From the NCBI GenBank assembly GCA_008369845.1, contig MRSU01000013.1, forward strand, positions 1-64,000: a stretch of 64,000 nt of DNA. The letters are read 5' to 3'. The position numbers and the translations under genes are program-made. Shown in pieces: positions 33,348-45,800 of the stretch; the stretch's first letter is position 1, and each line of letters begins with the position of its first letter. Below the pieces are notes generated by a model. That model had not been told where the DNA came from, searched no databases, and saw only the letters and a list, made by a program, of their open reading frames with translations. This stretch comes from Trichomonas gallinae (Eukaryota).

Positions 33348-33514
33348 AGATTCTTCAATTAACTAAAAAGATTTGGATTTTTATGTTATTGTTTTTAAAT
33401 TTAAATATACTTCTTATTACCAAATTCTCATAGCTCGAAATGCATAATTTAATAAAACACCATCAAATATGTTATTTTTCTTTTGGTTAATTATAAAATT
33501 GATAAATAAAAGAT

Positions 33515-33795
33515 GGAAAATATTATTCTTGAAAAATATACAAGATTGATCGATTTTTGATTGAAATTATTTCGTTATTTGTCTTTTTTCAATGTGGGAA
33601 ATTGATATATAAGAGATAAAAAAGTTGATTCCTGAATGAAAATGAATGATTGGCCGATTATCGATTTGAAAAAAAAATTATTGTGTTATTTTTCCTTTTG
33701 CAGTTTGAGAAATTCAAAAGTAATAGTTAAAAAATATGATTCTTGAATAATACATAAGATTGGCCGAGTATCGACTTCAAAATTGATATAAAGAT
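33515..33795 (+). repeat. Degenerate ~105-bp tandem repeat (~3 copies), intergenic
   Basis: Units near 33517, 33621 and 33731 share gattc.tgaa..a..gattggccga.tatcga. Confidence 0.6.
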
Positions 33796-33951
33796 CTGGA
33801 TAAAAGCTTTTCTTGTTTGTAATATTGTTCTTTATCATATTTGCATGCTACATCCATGAACAATTTCGGCTAAAATTAAATTAATCACTATGAAAATCAA
33901 AGATTTTGAAGAAAACATCCGAAAAACACAGACTTTCTCATGGCAAAAGAC

Positions 33952-33991
33952 ATCCATCATCCCTATATATGCGATTTATAGGATGATGGAT
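33952..33991. repeat. 15-bp hairpin ~55 bp upstream of the kelch gene
   Basis: atccatcatcc(c)tata ... tataggatgatggat with one bulge. Confidence 0.7.
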
Positions 33992-34045
33992 CAATAAAAA
34001 AAATTTACACTAACCTCATAAAAGTGCCATTTTTTATAAAAAAAA

Positions 34046-35179
34046 ATGCATTTCGCGATTACTTCGCGAAATAGCTTCCACAACAATCCTAAGCAGAACG
34101 ATTATTTCCAGTTACAAAATCCACAAGTAACTGTCATGAAAAGTCATCGCAATCAGCCTTTGAAATCTGGTTTTATATCAACATGGTCGCAAATTCACGC
34201 TCAATCGATTACTCCGCCCACCAGAAAAGATCCATTTTCCGTTTATGTTCCAGAACTTAATGGATTCTTTATGGGATTCGGTATTTCTGAATCAAAAGAT
34301 TTATGCGACGATGTATGGTTTTATAATACAGATACATTAAAGTGGTCACGCATAAATCTCACTGGAGAGCAATTGGTACCACGAACAGGAACAAAAGCCG
34401 TTTATCTTGCAAATAATTTAATTTTGTTCGGCGGATTTTCAAATAATGAGTTCTTCAACGACATCCACAGAATAGATTTAAGCAATGGTGCTGTTTCCAG
34501 AATCGAAACGACTGGAGAATTTCCTGCCCCAAGATGTCATTGCATTATGGTCTATTATAACAAGTCCATTGTCATTTGGGGAGGAAACTCAGACCAAGGA
34601 ACCTTTAATGAACTCTCAATTTTGAGCCTAGAAACATTTGTTTGGACAAAATACCCAACAAATGTTCCAGGAAGGACAGGAATACCATACGTATTGGTTG
34701 GAAATACAATTTATTCATATGGTGGCTCCAAAGGCCTTTTATCCATCAATCTCGATACGAAAGAAGTTTCCGTTTTGGATACAATCGGTTGCGTACCAGA
34801 CCCTCAACCAATGTTAGCTAATCTTGTTCATGCTGACAAGTTCCTTTTCTTCTTCGGAGGACAAAAAGTTGAAAATGAAAAATACGATCTTATCTATTGC
34901 TTAGACCTAGAGAAAATGTGGTGGTTCATTTTCTTCCTCACGCCAGATGGATCTACCACAACAGCAGAAGATGGTTTTGTTGACAAATTAGGTTTATTTA
35001 ATATTCCAAACATTTTTGGTTCAGTTACTTGCTACAACGAAAAGAAACGCGAAATTTATTACACACTTGGCTTCCCGCTAGCTGATCCGCCACCTGTTTA
35101 TGCAATTTCGATTGGTGAAGCATTAGGCGTTTTACATCTTAGAGATGATATGCTCCACATCTTCAAGGCACACCCATAA
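34046..35179 (+). CDS. Kelch-repeat beta-propeller protein
   Basis: PRTG..LILFGG..FNDIH, PAPRCH..IVIWGG, IYSYGG, LFFFGG repeats. Confidence 0.85.
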   Translation: MHFAITSRNSFHNNPKQNDYFQLQNPQVTVMKSHRNQPLKSGFISTWSQIHAQSITPPTRKDPFSVYVPELNGFFMGFGISESKDLCDDVWFYNTDTLKWSRINLTGEQLVPRTGTKAVYLANNLILFGGFSNNEFFNDIHRIDLSNGAVSRIETTGEFPAPRCHCIMVYYNKSIVIWGGNSDQGTFNELSILSLETFVWTKYPTNVPGRTGIPYVLVGNTIYSYGGSKGLLSINLDTKEVSVLDTIGCVPDPQPMLANLVHADKFLFFFGGQKVENEKYDLIYCLDLEKMWWFIFFLTPDGSTTTAEDGFVDKLGLFNIPNIFGSVTCYNEKKREIYYTLGFPLADPPPVYAISIGEALGVLHLRDDMLHIFKAHP

Positions 35180-35400
35180 CTTTGTTAATATTAGATTTAT
35201 AAAAATTGTATTTTTATTTTATTAAATTAATAATTTTATGAATTATTCTTAATCCTTTATAGAGCAACACATGTCCTATAGCTTTATACAACTGAAATAT
35301 GAAAATAAAAATAATAAGATGAATATCAAATTAATATAATGTAGTAAACAATAGCTATGGTTTAGTGCCGTTTAAAAGAACAAATTAATAAAGAAACAGC

Positions 35401-35889
35401 TTAAATATATTTTGATATTGGAATATGAGGGCCGTAAAGCTTGTAATCAGCTGAAATAAGTCTTGTTTCGTAGTTTACCAGAGAAAGAATGAATATTGTC
35501 GGAATAATAACGAATGTTGTAATGTCACCAAAATATTCGAAGAAGATTAAGTCTAATGTTAATGCACGATGGATCCAGTAGACCCAGGAAATCGTAAGAG
35601 ATATTGCTGCTTGATAAATAACAAAGTATGGAAAACATTGGAATTCGATTGACGCAATCCAGATCTGTAATAGTGCAATTTTCTTTGGAACATCGTCTCT
35701 AAGCAACAAAAGTAACGCGAATACTCCTTGAACTAGTGCAAAAGTTTTGATTAATAAAAAGAAAGTTGGACTCTTGCTGGCCATTGCCATAAAGGTCTTT
35801 AAGCCGCATAATACAAGAAAGAATGCAAAAATAAATATAATTGGAGTACCAATATATGTGGCTACAATATCAGCAATATCTATATCCAT
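35401..35889 (-). CDS. Multi-pass membrane protein, Svp26/TEX261-like
   Basis: 162 aa, about 4-5 TM segments; LLLLRDDVP, FPYF, YW and FFEYFG..IP..LSL patterns recall Svp26/TEX261. Confidence 0.55.
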   Translation of the reverse strand: MDIDIADIVATYIGTPIIFIFAFFLVLCGLKTFMAMASKSPTFFLLIKTFALVQGVFALLLLLRDDVPKKIALLQIWIASIEFQCFPYFVIYQAAISLTISWVYWIHRALTLDLIFFEYFGDITTFVIIPTIFILSLVNYETRLISADYKLYGPHIPISKYI

Positions 35890-36680
35890 AAGAAATATAA
35901 AAGTGACATGTAAATTTATTTATTTGTCAAAAAAGGTTTAAAATTTGAACAATTGACATTTGACACTTTACAAAATGAATATTCTATTCTTAACAATATA
36001 ATTTCTATTTAACTATGAGCATTAATGGAATAATGCTAATTGATTGTTAGCTTAGAATGGAAAGTTGATCATTGCAATTAAAGATCGGAATGTTTTTGTG
36101 GTTCTTTTGGCTATAAATTACGATATGTTATATACTATACCTTGATGATGCTTATGGTGATAAAGTTTTGCTTCAAACCATATATTTGGAGTAGTCGTTG
36201 CAATTGAATGCTTTACATTTTCGTCAACGTTTCATATTTTTCTTTATTGTATTATAATAAATATTTACTGGTTTTCAGAACTGCCTTTTGTAAATATTTC
36301 AATTTATCCAAATTGAACAAATTTTTGAAGCTGGCAACGTTCAACCTTTAAAATCAGGAGAAAGAAGTTTATCGATTTTATCAATGAAATGGATATGTTT
36401 CGCAATGAGATTTGTAATAGAATTATATAAAACAAATATATTCGTCAATTGCATATTTAATTTAACAAACATATAGTATATCGAATACCTTCATCATATT
36501 TAATTAAAAACATGATGAATAAATAATAAGTCGTAAATGTCATTTATAGTTAATCTGGAGTTGGAAAGGATAACATTCAATACTAAAGCGTAGGCCAATA
36601 ATAAGAAATGGATGTATTACAGCTCCAAACCTCTATTTAAATGATTATTTATATATGTAATAATACAGCGAATTAAAAAT

Positions 36681-36986
36681 TCATACTGATTCACCTTCTG
36701 TATCGTTATTAGGATTGATTTCTTCTTTCCTATTGCGTTCCATACAAAAACGAATTATAAGTACAATTATTGCGATTACGACTATTGAACCTATAAGAAT
36801 CAAAGTTATTTCTCCTAGATTTAGACGAGATGAGAAGTCATCAGGATCATCTGCTTCAGGTTTTGGACTTTGATGAAAAGTCGGGGCGATTTCGCTTACC
36901 TTTGTCGTATTTAACGACGAATTATATATCTGTGCAACATGTAAATTCATGGTTCCAATGCATATCATTATAAATAGAATAAACAT
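36681..36986 (-). CDS. Small type I single-pass membrane protein
   Basis: Signal-like N-terminus, Ser/Thr/Pro ectodomain, TM ITLILIGSIVVIAIIVLII, basic then acidic tail. Confidence 0.7.
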   Translation of the reverse strand: MFILFIMICIGTMNLHVAQIYNSSLNTTKVSEIAPTFHQSPKPEADDPDDFSSRLNLGEITLILIGSIVVIAIIVLIIRFCMERNRKEEINPNNDTEGESV

Positions 36987-37971
36987 TAATAAAAATGAAA
37001 CAAATTGTGATTGAAATGTTTACAATTTCCATGGAAATTTTTTTTTACATTTTGATAGTTTAATAATAAAGAAAGCATTTTCAAAAACATATTTTTATGA
37101 GTCGTAAAATTGAATAGAATTTTAAAATGATCGTTGACAGCATCTGCTATTATTCATTATAAAGGTTTGCTGAAGAGTTAATGCGTCCGTTATGTAATGA
37201 ATTTTGACTACTATAAAATTCATCTTTGTTATTTTTTTTTTTTATAAAAAAGTCAAAGTTAAAATACTTTTGCACTCAAATTTCAAATGATAATTCAGTG
37301 GGCAAAGCTTATGGCTTATAATGCTCAATATTTTGCACGCTTATGATATCAATTGAGCTTCGCAATATTTACTCAAATGCTGCGAAATAATTGCAAAATT
37401 GATTAATTTCGAATGTTTACGGGCGTGAAAGCACTTGAAAATGTGTAAAAATAAATCATGTATATGATTATTTTCATTTCATAACTTTTAAAATTTGAAT
37501 TGAAAATAATCGTATGCCCGAGAATTTCTATAGGGGTCGCAAAATGTAAAATAAATCACAGACAATTCAGGAATGAACTCTGATGATGTTTCCTACCAGA
37601 GAAAACTATATATTATTATATATTAATACTATAGATCATTCATTCGAAAAATCAGATTTATTTATATTTCTATATTGATATGATTGTGCGAGAGCGCTGT
37701 TATGCTCAAAAGAAACTATTTACTAAGAGAAATGTTTATTTTGACTTTATTTGTGTTATGTAGATTGTAATATAGTTTTTATCGTCAAAAAACTACAATT
37801 TCTTGAATATTTTCCTTTAAAAGCACGTTATTTAGTCTGCAATTCGATTTTTTTTGTTAAAATGATCATCTCTTACTATATTGTAGTATACACAGATAGT
37901 ACATGTATTACACATAATAAAAATACATGATTTATATATATATAAAACAAAACATGAAATTAAATAACAAT

Positions 37972-39318
37972 CTATGTTAAAACTTGCTGTTTCTTCTTGC
38001 GCGGCATTGTTCTAGCGAGTTGGTTCTGTCGCAGTTTCTTCATCAAGTAGAATAATGGAATTCCGATGCTGCAAGCGATAAATAAAGAGTACTGCCTGAT
38101 TAAAAGGGTTCTTGGGTAAAGAGGAGTTGACACAGGCAAAGTTTGATCATCTTGTAGATACATTGGGATATTGTTCGCCTCATTATGAGCTGTTATTATG
38201 GCAGAAGGCGAAAATGTTGCTGAAAATTGAGAATGAAAACAAATATTGTCGAAAACTGCTTTAACTTTGTTGAGAGTTGCGTTTTTAACTTTGTAAATAC
38301 AGTTATTGAATATCTTTGTGTTGTTTGTGGATGTAACTTTTGTTTCTGAAAATTCAAAACTGCATTTTTCGAAAACATATTTATAAAGCTTGTCACTTGA
38401 TACTAAAACAGAGACATTCGATACATCTAAGAATACACTGTTTGAAATCGTTGTTTCTTCTGTGCGAATCTCGATTAAAGCTAAAACATTTCCAGGGAAG
38501 TTTTCTACGAAGTTGGAATGATCGATTATTGCTCCTTTCTCTGCATGATCTATGAAAAGAAGTCCAGGACCTTGATTATTCGCAAAATGATTATAAAATA
38601 ATTTAAATTGATCACATGATTGAGCTTCCAAGCAACCATGCTCTTTAATCGCATATGATTTTGTGATATTCGAGTTTGATAGTTCGACATATGTATACAT
38701 AAACAACATAATTCCTGTTTCTTCAGCAATTGTCTTTGGGCCGTTTAAATAGCAAGATATGTAGTCTATTAATGAAGTTTTCTGATCCCCATCATTTGGC
38801 ATCGAAGATTTCGGTCCAGAAATTCGAAATATCATATCTGCACTAATAGCAGTGCATTTCTTAATACAAGTTGATGTGATATCGTATAACTTTGATCTGA
38901 TAAAAAATGCGCCGCAACTGGCTGAGCTGCAACTTCTAAATCCACTTTGAGTAATAATAACGTTACCTTCATCGTTTTGGTAGCTTAATCCACCACCAAG
39001 CCCTTTTGTTTTACGGCAGCTCTTAAAAACACATGATTTAAAGAGTGCTGTTGTATCATCTCGAATTTTTAAAGATTTCAGAAAGTAATTGTGATTGTAT
39101 TTTATAGCATTTACTGTTATTGGTGTCTTTAAAAACCATTCGAATGTAGATTTTGTGGATTTGATATTGTTCGAATCTGTTTTAAAAAAAGAATGTGAAA
39201 ACTTTGTTGATTTGATCGAATCAAAACTCAAAAAAGAGTTCCTTGTTCCCCTATTCTTGATCATGAATGGTGAATCAGTCACTAATGATAAAGAAAGGGA
39301 AGAAATACTGAAATTCAT
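37972..39318 (-). CDS. Beta-helix/Pmp-like membrane protein (trichomonad expanded family)
   Basis: CVFKSC..GLGGGLSY, CGAFFI and FxxN motifs; C-terminal TM followed by basic tail. Confidence 0.65.
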   Translation of the reverse strand: MNFSISSLSLSLVTDSPFMIKNRGTRNSFLSFDSIKSTKFSHSFFKTDSNNIKSTKSTFEWFLKTPITVNAIKYNHNYFLKSLKIRDDTTALFKSCVFKSCRKTKGLGGGLSYQNDEGNVIITQSGFRSCSSASCGAFFIRSKLYDITSTCIKKCTAISADMIFRISGPKSSMPNDGDQKTSLIDYISCYLNGPKTIAEETGIMLFMYTYVELSNSNITKSYAIKEHGCLEAQSCDQFKLFYNHFANNQGPGLLFIDHAEKGAIIDHSNFVENFPGNVLALIEIRTEETTISNSVFLDVSNVSVLVSSDKLYKYVFEKCSFEFSETKVTSTNNTKIFNNCIYKVKNATLNKVKAVFDNICFHSQFSATFSPSAIITAHNEANNIPMYLQDDQTLPVSTPLYPRTLLIRQYSLFIACSIGIPLFYLMKKLRQNQLARTMPRKKKQQVLT

Positions 39319-39360
39319 TTATGAAATTTATGTCAAAAATAACTTACTTTACACACATAA

Positions 39361-39580
39361 TTGCCATGTAAACATTATAATTTTTGTCATGTAAATTTGT
39401 CTTTATATTGTCACGTAAATGAATATATTTGTCATGTAATTTATTTATTTTTGAAATTCATGTCATGTAAATGAAATGTTTTTGTCATGTCAATTTTTAT
39501 ATTCTTTTCGTCATGTAAATAAAATATTTTTGTCAGGAAGAATTTTTGTCATGTAAATAATCTAGTTTTTGTCGTGTAAA
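39361..39580 (+). promoter_or_regulatory. Array of ~10 same-orientation TTGTCATGTAAA motifs upstream of POC5
   Basis: Copies at 39361, 39384, 39408, 39429, 39460, 39482, 39508, 39530 (degenerate), 39546 and 39569. Confidence 0.8.
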
Positions 39581-39609
39581 TATTAATACGTTTAAAAAAA
39601 ACAAGAAGA

Positions 39610-40416
39610 ATGAGTGATAAAGCTGAAGCTACGTTGCATGAGATTGTTGAAACTAATTTCTTCAATCTTAAGGAAGACTTGCAAAAGTTTTTGACCTATA
39701 ACGAGCAGGTTATTGCTAAAGAACAAGATGATATCTACTCTCCAATCATTCAGAAGCTTACAGATGAGTTAAATGGACATCAAACTAACTTCGAACATAT
39801 GCAGGTGACAACCCAAGGACACACAGCGGAATTAACACGGAAACAAGAAATATTAAGAAAGTTAGTTGACAGAAGTGCACTTTTGCACACAAAAGTCCGC
39901 AATACAAATCTTACATCAAGAGGATTCCATAGCTGGATTGATGATGGCACCGATAAGCTCATATTAGCACGCGATTTCGAGAAGATTTATATTAAAAATG
40001 CAAAAATGAGAGTCTTATTCAGAAGATGGAAGAGGAAGATGCATAAGAGCCGCGAAGATAGACTAGAAAACGAAGCAAAACAAGTCTACGAGAAAGAATC
40101 AAGAGAAAACGGAAAGAGATTCAACGCACAGATATCAAAGCTCGAGGCAGAGCTTGCTGCAGCTAGAGCAGAGCTAGAAATGAAGCAGAAGAGCTTCCTT
40201 GAGATGCAGCAGCGACTCCGCAAAGCCTTCATGCGCGGCGTCGTCAACTTAAACTTGGAAGCTATGGATGTTTTCAACGGCGCTCAGTTCATGAACCTCG
40301 TTCAGGAAGTCGAAGGAGGAACAGGAGGAGTTCATGATGCCGAAAACGAAGTTGAAGAAGGAGATGATGAATTCTTCGTTGAAGAAACACCAAGTGTCGC
40401 TGTTATTCGCCACTAA
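39610..40416 (+). CDS. POC5: Centriolar protein POC5 homolog
   Basis: Centrin-binding-like (F..W) repeats GFHSW and LFRRW; coiled coil; signature LRKAFMRGVVNLNLEAMDVF. Confidence 0.8.
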   Translation: MSDKAEATLHEIVETNFFNLKEDLQKFLTYNEQVIAKEQDDIYSPIIQKLTDELNGHQTNFEHMQVTTQGHTAELTRKQEILRKLVDRSALLHTKVRNTNLTSRGFHSWIDDGTDKLILARDFEKIYIKNAKMRVLFRRWKRKMHKSREDRLENEAKQVYEKESRENGKRFNAQISKLEAELAAARAELEMKQKSFLEMQQRLRKAFMRGVVNLNLEAMDVFNGAQFMNLVQEVEGGTGGVHDAENEVEEGDDEFFVEETPSVAVIRH

Positions 40417-40866
40417 CATATTTTTAGCTTGTTATATGTGTTTATAAATGCTCAAATATCCAATTTGTTTTTATGAGGAATTGTTTTTATCTATTGATTT
40501 TATCAATAATTATTTTCATTTTCCTAACATTAAAAGACATAATTGTATAGACATCTATTCTCATTTTAATGCGTTTATGTGTCATTTACCAGGTAGATGC
40601 TAATATCAATAGCAGTTAAAAAAAAAAAATAATAGATTGTTTTTGAATTTTACCGAAAATGTATTTGTAAAAGTGAATCTGCATCTATGGACTATATTAT
40701 TACACAAAAACAAATAATGATTTAGGAAAATGTTTGTAATTAATTTACATGTCAAAAAATTAAAATCATAATTTTTTGCGAATTTAGAATCATTGATAAC
40801 TAAAATATGTTTTTATTTGATTAAATTTCTACTTAAAATAATTTTAAACGGTCGTATTGGGCAGAA

Positions 40867-42168
40867 ATGGCTTTTGCGGGTGTTGATATCGAAGTAAATG
40901 AAAATGAATTAGGTGCCCAACTTCATGATGATGCAATAAGTAGCATCATCAGAGAGCAAGATGAATTTAATGCGGAAATCATGAAACACAAAATTGAAAT
41001 CATTCGGAAAGAGGCAGAATCAAATCAGATTGAAAACAAAACAATCATTATAGGTTTAAAGGAAGAAATTTCTAAATACCAAACAGAGATAGAAAATCTA
41101 ACGAAAAATAATAACGAATTAATATTAAGAGCGAACGAAGCTCATGAAAAGGAAGCCCTTGTTAGTGCAGAATACAGAAACCTTGAACAGCGACTTTTCA
41201 GCGAATTAGGCGTAAATTCCTTCGAAGAATGTTTTGATGCGTTAAATCACTTCAATAGATACAGAAAAGAGCTAGAAAATTCAAAGGTAGTTATACAACA
41301 GCTTCAATTGGAGCTTTCTGATGCAAGAAACAAATCAAAATTCCAAATTGAGCCAAAGAGGGCAGAAATGTCTGAATTAGCACATAAAATGCAATTAAAT
41401 AGCGAAAGAATTGCTGAATACGAATCACAAATACAATACAAAACAGAAGAAAATATAAACTTGCAAAAAGAAATAATGGCGTTAAAAACACAGAATAAAT
41501 CGTTATCAGATGCGAATACAGTACTTTCAGAACAATGCAAGCTCTTAAAATCAAACCAAAACGAAGTTGAAGTTCAAAATCAGGAATTAAACTCAGAAAT
41601 ACGGAATTTAAACAATAAAATTAACGAGCTTGTCAAGCAACACGCTGGAGAAAATAATCAGCAAAAGCTTAAATCATTAAATGAAACAAGAAGATTAAAA
41701 TTATTGTCTGAATTGGGCGACAGATTTGATCCAAGGTTTGCTGCTCTTGAGTTTACATCACCTGTTTACGATATTTTCAGAAAATTGTCAAGCTTCATGA
41801 AAGTTTCAACAAATGTTGATATTGGCTATGATATTGTGCAAAATTCATTCATTGATGTATCATCTGAGATCAATGGACTATCAGATAAGTTCAGAGGAGG
41901 ACAAAGAAGCTTTACACCGAATATTCAACAATTATTAGATGCTATTGAAGCTAAAAACAAAGAAATCTCAGATCTCAAAGATGAGAATGAGGAGCTCAAA
42001 TCCAAATCAGACTTCTTAGAGCTGAATGATAAAAGTCCACAATTTGCTGCAGCTTTGAAGAAAATCGAAAGATTGGAAACTGAAAATAGGAGCCTGTCAT
42101 TAATGAATGAAAGTTTGCGTAGTGTGTCTCTCTCTCCACGTTCTCAAAACCACAGTGGATTATTTTAA
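40867..42168 (+). CDS. Coiled-coil hypothetical protein
   Basis: 433-aa ATG ORF with E/K/N/Q-rich heptads. Confidence 0.75.
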   Translation: MAFAGVDIEVNENELGAQLHDDAISSIIREQDEFNAEIMKHKIEIIRKEAESNQIENKTIIIGLKEEISKYQTEIENLTKNNNELILRANEAHEKEALVSAEYRNLEQRLFSELGVNSFEECFDALNHFNRYRKELENSKVVIQQLQLELSDARNKSKFQIEPKRAEMSELAHKMQLNSERIAEYESQIQYKTEENINLQKEIMALKTQNKSLSDANTVLSEQCKLLKSNQNEVEVQNQELNSEIRNLNNKINELVKQHAGENNQQKLKSLNETRRLKLLSELGDRFDPRFAALEFTSPVYDIFRKLSSFMKVSTNVDIGYDIVQNSFIDVSSEINGLSDKFRGGQRSFTPNIQQLLDAIEAKNKEISDLKDENEELKSKSDFLELNDKSPQFAAALKKIERLETENRSLSLMNESLRSVSLSPRSQNHSGLF

Positions 42169-42312
42169 TTTGTGTTTTTATCTAAATATTGTTTTTTATT
42201 TCATAATTTTATGACTATTCTTAATAAGCTTACCATTAATAGACTGTATAACATATGCCGCGCTTGCTTGATTAAAATTTTATAACAATCCAATACTAGA
42301 ACTAACATGAAT

Positions 42313-42745
42313 TGCAAAAAGTGAAGTATACATTTCATCATTCCCAAATTAGCAATTAACAAACTGAATCAAAGTCAATTTTTTTTAATTCCGATTTTGA
42401 TATGAATTCTAATACAAAAAGTGAAATATACACTATATAGTATCTAAACTTACAAATAAAAAATCAAATTAAAATTGATTTTTTCATTCCAAAATATGGG
42501 ATAAGTTATAATGCAAAAAATGAAATATATTTGATAACATATCTAAATCCACATTTAAAAAAACAATTTTGAAATTGAATTTTTCCATTCCAAAATTTGG
42601 TATGAGTTGTAATATAAATAATGAAATATATATGATACTATATCTAAATTCACAAATAAAAACAGTTTCAAAATTGCATTTTTCATTCCAAAATCTATGA
42701 TTGTTTCTAATGCAAAAAGTGAAATATATATGATAATAAATCTAT
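42313..42745 (+). repeat. ~100-bp degenerate tandem repeat (~4.3 copies) upstream of the Nup188-like gene
   Basis: Units near 42313, 42413, 42512, 42613 and 42711: tgcaaaaagtgaaatata..atctaaa..caaataaaaa..aaattg.tttttcattccaaaat. Confidence 0.8.
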
Positions 42746-42802
42746 ATTTGAAGGAATTTTCGATTTTTAGAAAACAGGACAAAAATTCGACCATTCAGAG
42801 AG

Positions 42803-45800
42803 ATGTATCATTCAACTATTGCTGAATCAATTATCGATATTTTGAGATCAAAAGATGAAACTCTCGATGAATTAGAAGCTAAGTTTCGTCATTCTTTTGA
42901 CTTTAATGAAAGATCTGCTCTAATTTCTTCGATATCAATTCTAATTCTCGAAAACGTTCTTTCAAAAGAAGAACAAATCATCGGATTATGGTTTATATTC
43001 CGTGAATACTCCAAATCACCCATCTCTCAAAGCCCATACTTCATTTTATTTAAAACATTAATTATTCCGATACTTAAAGAGCAATTAAGCAAAGGTAAAA
43101 CTTCGACAACTGCCAAACCTACTGCTTCAAAGGATGAGAAAGACAAAAAGAGGGGAGATAAATCGTCAAATACGTTCAACGTTTTAAGCCAAGATGTAAA
43201 AACGTTATTTGATGAATATCTTGCAACACTTGCTTCATTTATGCTCCTAAACTCACCAACACTCACGCAAATTGGAAAAAAAAAGCCAAGCGAAATTAAT
43301 GAAAAATTAAAAGATGATGATATCAACAAAATCACAGAGAAATACATGAAACGTGCAGTTTCACCAATTGCTGCCGTCGAAGAAATCATGAGAATTACTC
43401 CAGCCGTTCATCATTATATTTTCCTCGAAATTTTGTTTTTCAAACTACTAAATATGTCATCACAAGACATTATCGCCAAGTTAACAGACCAAAAACTAGC
43501 TCTCGACTTCCAACAGCCAAGTTATTTTAGAATTAATCGATTTCTCGAGCTTGCAACCTTTTTGAAGGGAGATTTGCAGTACGTTTATGCAGCTATGCTT
43601 TCATTCTTCAAGTTTGATGATGAAATGTTGAACCAACTCCCAGATGAAGCCTATGCTCCAATTATTTTCATCAAATACTTAAAGGACTCGTCCGATTCTA
43701 GCACACAGAAGTCTACACAGCCAGCCATTCAAACTCTCAGGAACTTCAACATCTTTGGAATTATGTCTCAATGGGTAGATATAATTAAATCACGATTTTC
43801 AAAGACATTCTTCTCTATTATCGCTATTCACATTCAAAACATACTCTTCCATGTGTTGCAATGCCAATCAGAGCGAAAGAAAGAGTTTTTGAACATAAAT
43901 ATTTTACCAATCTTAATTAAAGTCGCTGTGAAGGAAAGACCAATGCCATTCACTGAAGCAAACTTCGCGCAGTTGTTAATACCGCATAAAGACAGACGAG
44001 GAACGTTTATTGAAGATTTATTCCCGTATTTTGCTGCAATTTGCAAGAATTCGACAGTTGCGACAATGATTAAGAAAATACTCAACGGAAATGATATGTC
44101 TGGAGCCACAAAAAGCATGACTTCTCGCTCAACAAGAAGATCAAAAATTAGTTTCTTCATCAATTTCCTTGATGAGTCAGAATCATCATTAGCTAAATCT
44201 ACTATCGGCAAAAGCTCAGCGGAATACTCCTCATTCCTTTTATTGCACAAATTAATCAAATATTCGAACGATCAAGACAAGAAGTCACTTATTTATTTAA
44301 TTACTAACAGATACAAGCTGGAACACAGCAGCTCTTCAGAAATGCAGCTGTTTTACATAATTATTTCTCAATATTTATGGATTCCAGCATTTGCACCATT
44401 TGCAGCCAAAATTATCAGCAATACTATCGGAATTTCGCCAAAGGAAACAATAGAATTCTTCGAAACTCAACTACAATCTAAATTCACAGACTTTATTAAA
44501 ATCATCGAATCAACAAACAACGACGATAGAATTATTCTTGCTTTCATCACAATTTCAAAGATCATGAATAAGTTATATTTCAAGTACAGAAGTCCAATCA
44601 AAGAAATTCCAAGATTTTCAAAATTAATTCTTCAAGAAAGCTTCCCGCGCATTGTTCATCGTAAATTCCAGTCAAAGTACCAGAAGTGGAAGATATTGCG
44701 CAAGTTAGTAACAGCTACAGAAGATCTTTTGTATTTCGATTCAGATTTTTGCACAATGATCCATACAAATGAGTCATTCATCTCAGCTATTATCACACTC
44801 ATAAACACTGGAGCAAGTGCAATTTCAACAACAAGCGTACCAAACAAAGCAGAGCAAATTTATGCAGACAGAGTTGACACTATTTACCCACTTAAGTGCG
44901 AAATAGCAACACTCAGGTTCATCAAGATCATCCTTACGAGGTATCTAGAGAATTCCAATGACGTTTCACCGCTTTGTAAAATTTTCTTCAACGCAAAAAG
45001 CGACGCGTCAGCAATTTTCTCAACATTAATCGGCTTCTTTGAGTCACACAATGCTACAGCCAAGTCAGAAGAACTCGCCAGCACAGCACTCGAAGTCATT
45101 GAGCTCCTCTGCACAATTGCCGCGAGAATGAAAGATGTCTCTGTTGATGCTTATTACTCAGAATCTAAGCAGGCAGGATTAAACGACATGGCTTACCAAA
45201 ACCTCATCGAAAACAACTCGACTGAGCAGAAATACATCAGCCTTCTCGATTTCATAGCTTCAACTTTGATGTCGCAGCCAGCTTTCGCCTTCTCTTTCAT
45301 CCAGCACATCGCGAAATCTTTCTACAAAGCAGTTATATCCAACAAACTTTTAGCGGACTCAAAATCTCGTCCAAGGCTTCTTTTATCGCTATCCAGACTG
45401 ATCGCGCACATGTTCAGGAAACTTTCAGCCAACTCTAAGACACTGACAGAAATAGCTGGCAACCAGATAAGCAGCGAGTTCTGGACACAAGCTTTTAGTT
45501 TATTAACAGATCGCGCGAACAAAGATCCTAACTTTATTCTTGCTCAGAGTTATTTGATGCAGGCGCACATCTGCTACATCTGCTCGCATCCCAGCGAGTG
45601 TCGCGCCGAACTAAAGAAAGCGAGCCTCAATGATATAATCAACTCACTCATCGAAAGAATTCCTCCTATTAACATACAAGTGAACGAAAAACTTGAAATC
45701 GATTTCAGTAGATTCAGAAACGACATACATGAATACGGCAACGATTTCTATATTGACACAAATCTATTCAAGTTCTATCATCCTACAGCAGACAAGGCTT

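Noticed and set aside
39361..39580. CRISPR-like repeat/spacer appearance
   Set aside because: Repeats are only ~12 bp and degenerate, spacers are ~4-19 bp of AT-rich sequence, the context is eukaryotic and no cas genes are present.
42555..42794. 79-aa hydrophobic ORF
   Set aside because: It is the reverse translation of the AT-rich 100-bp tandem repeat.
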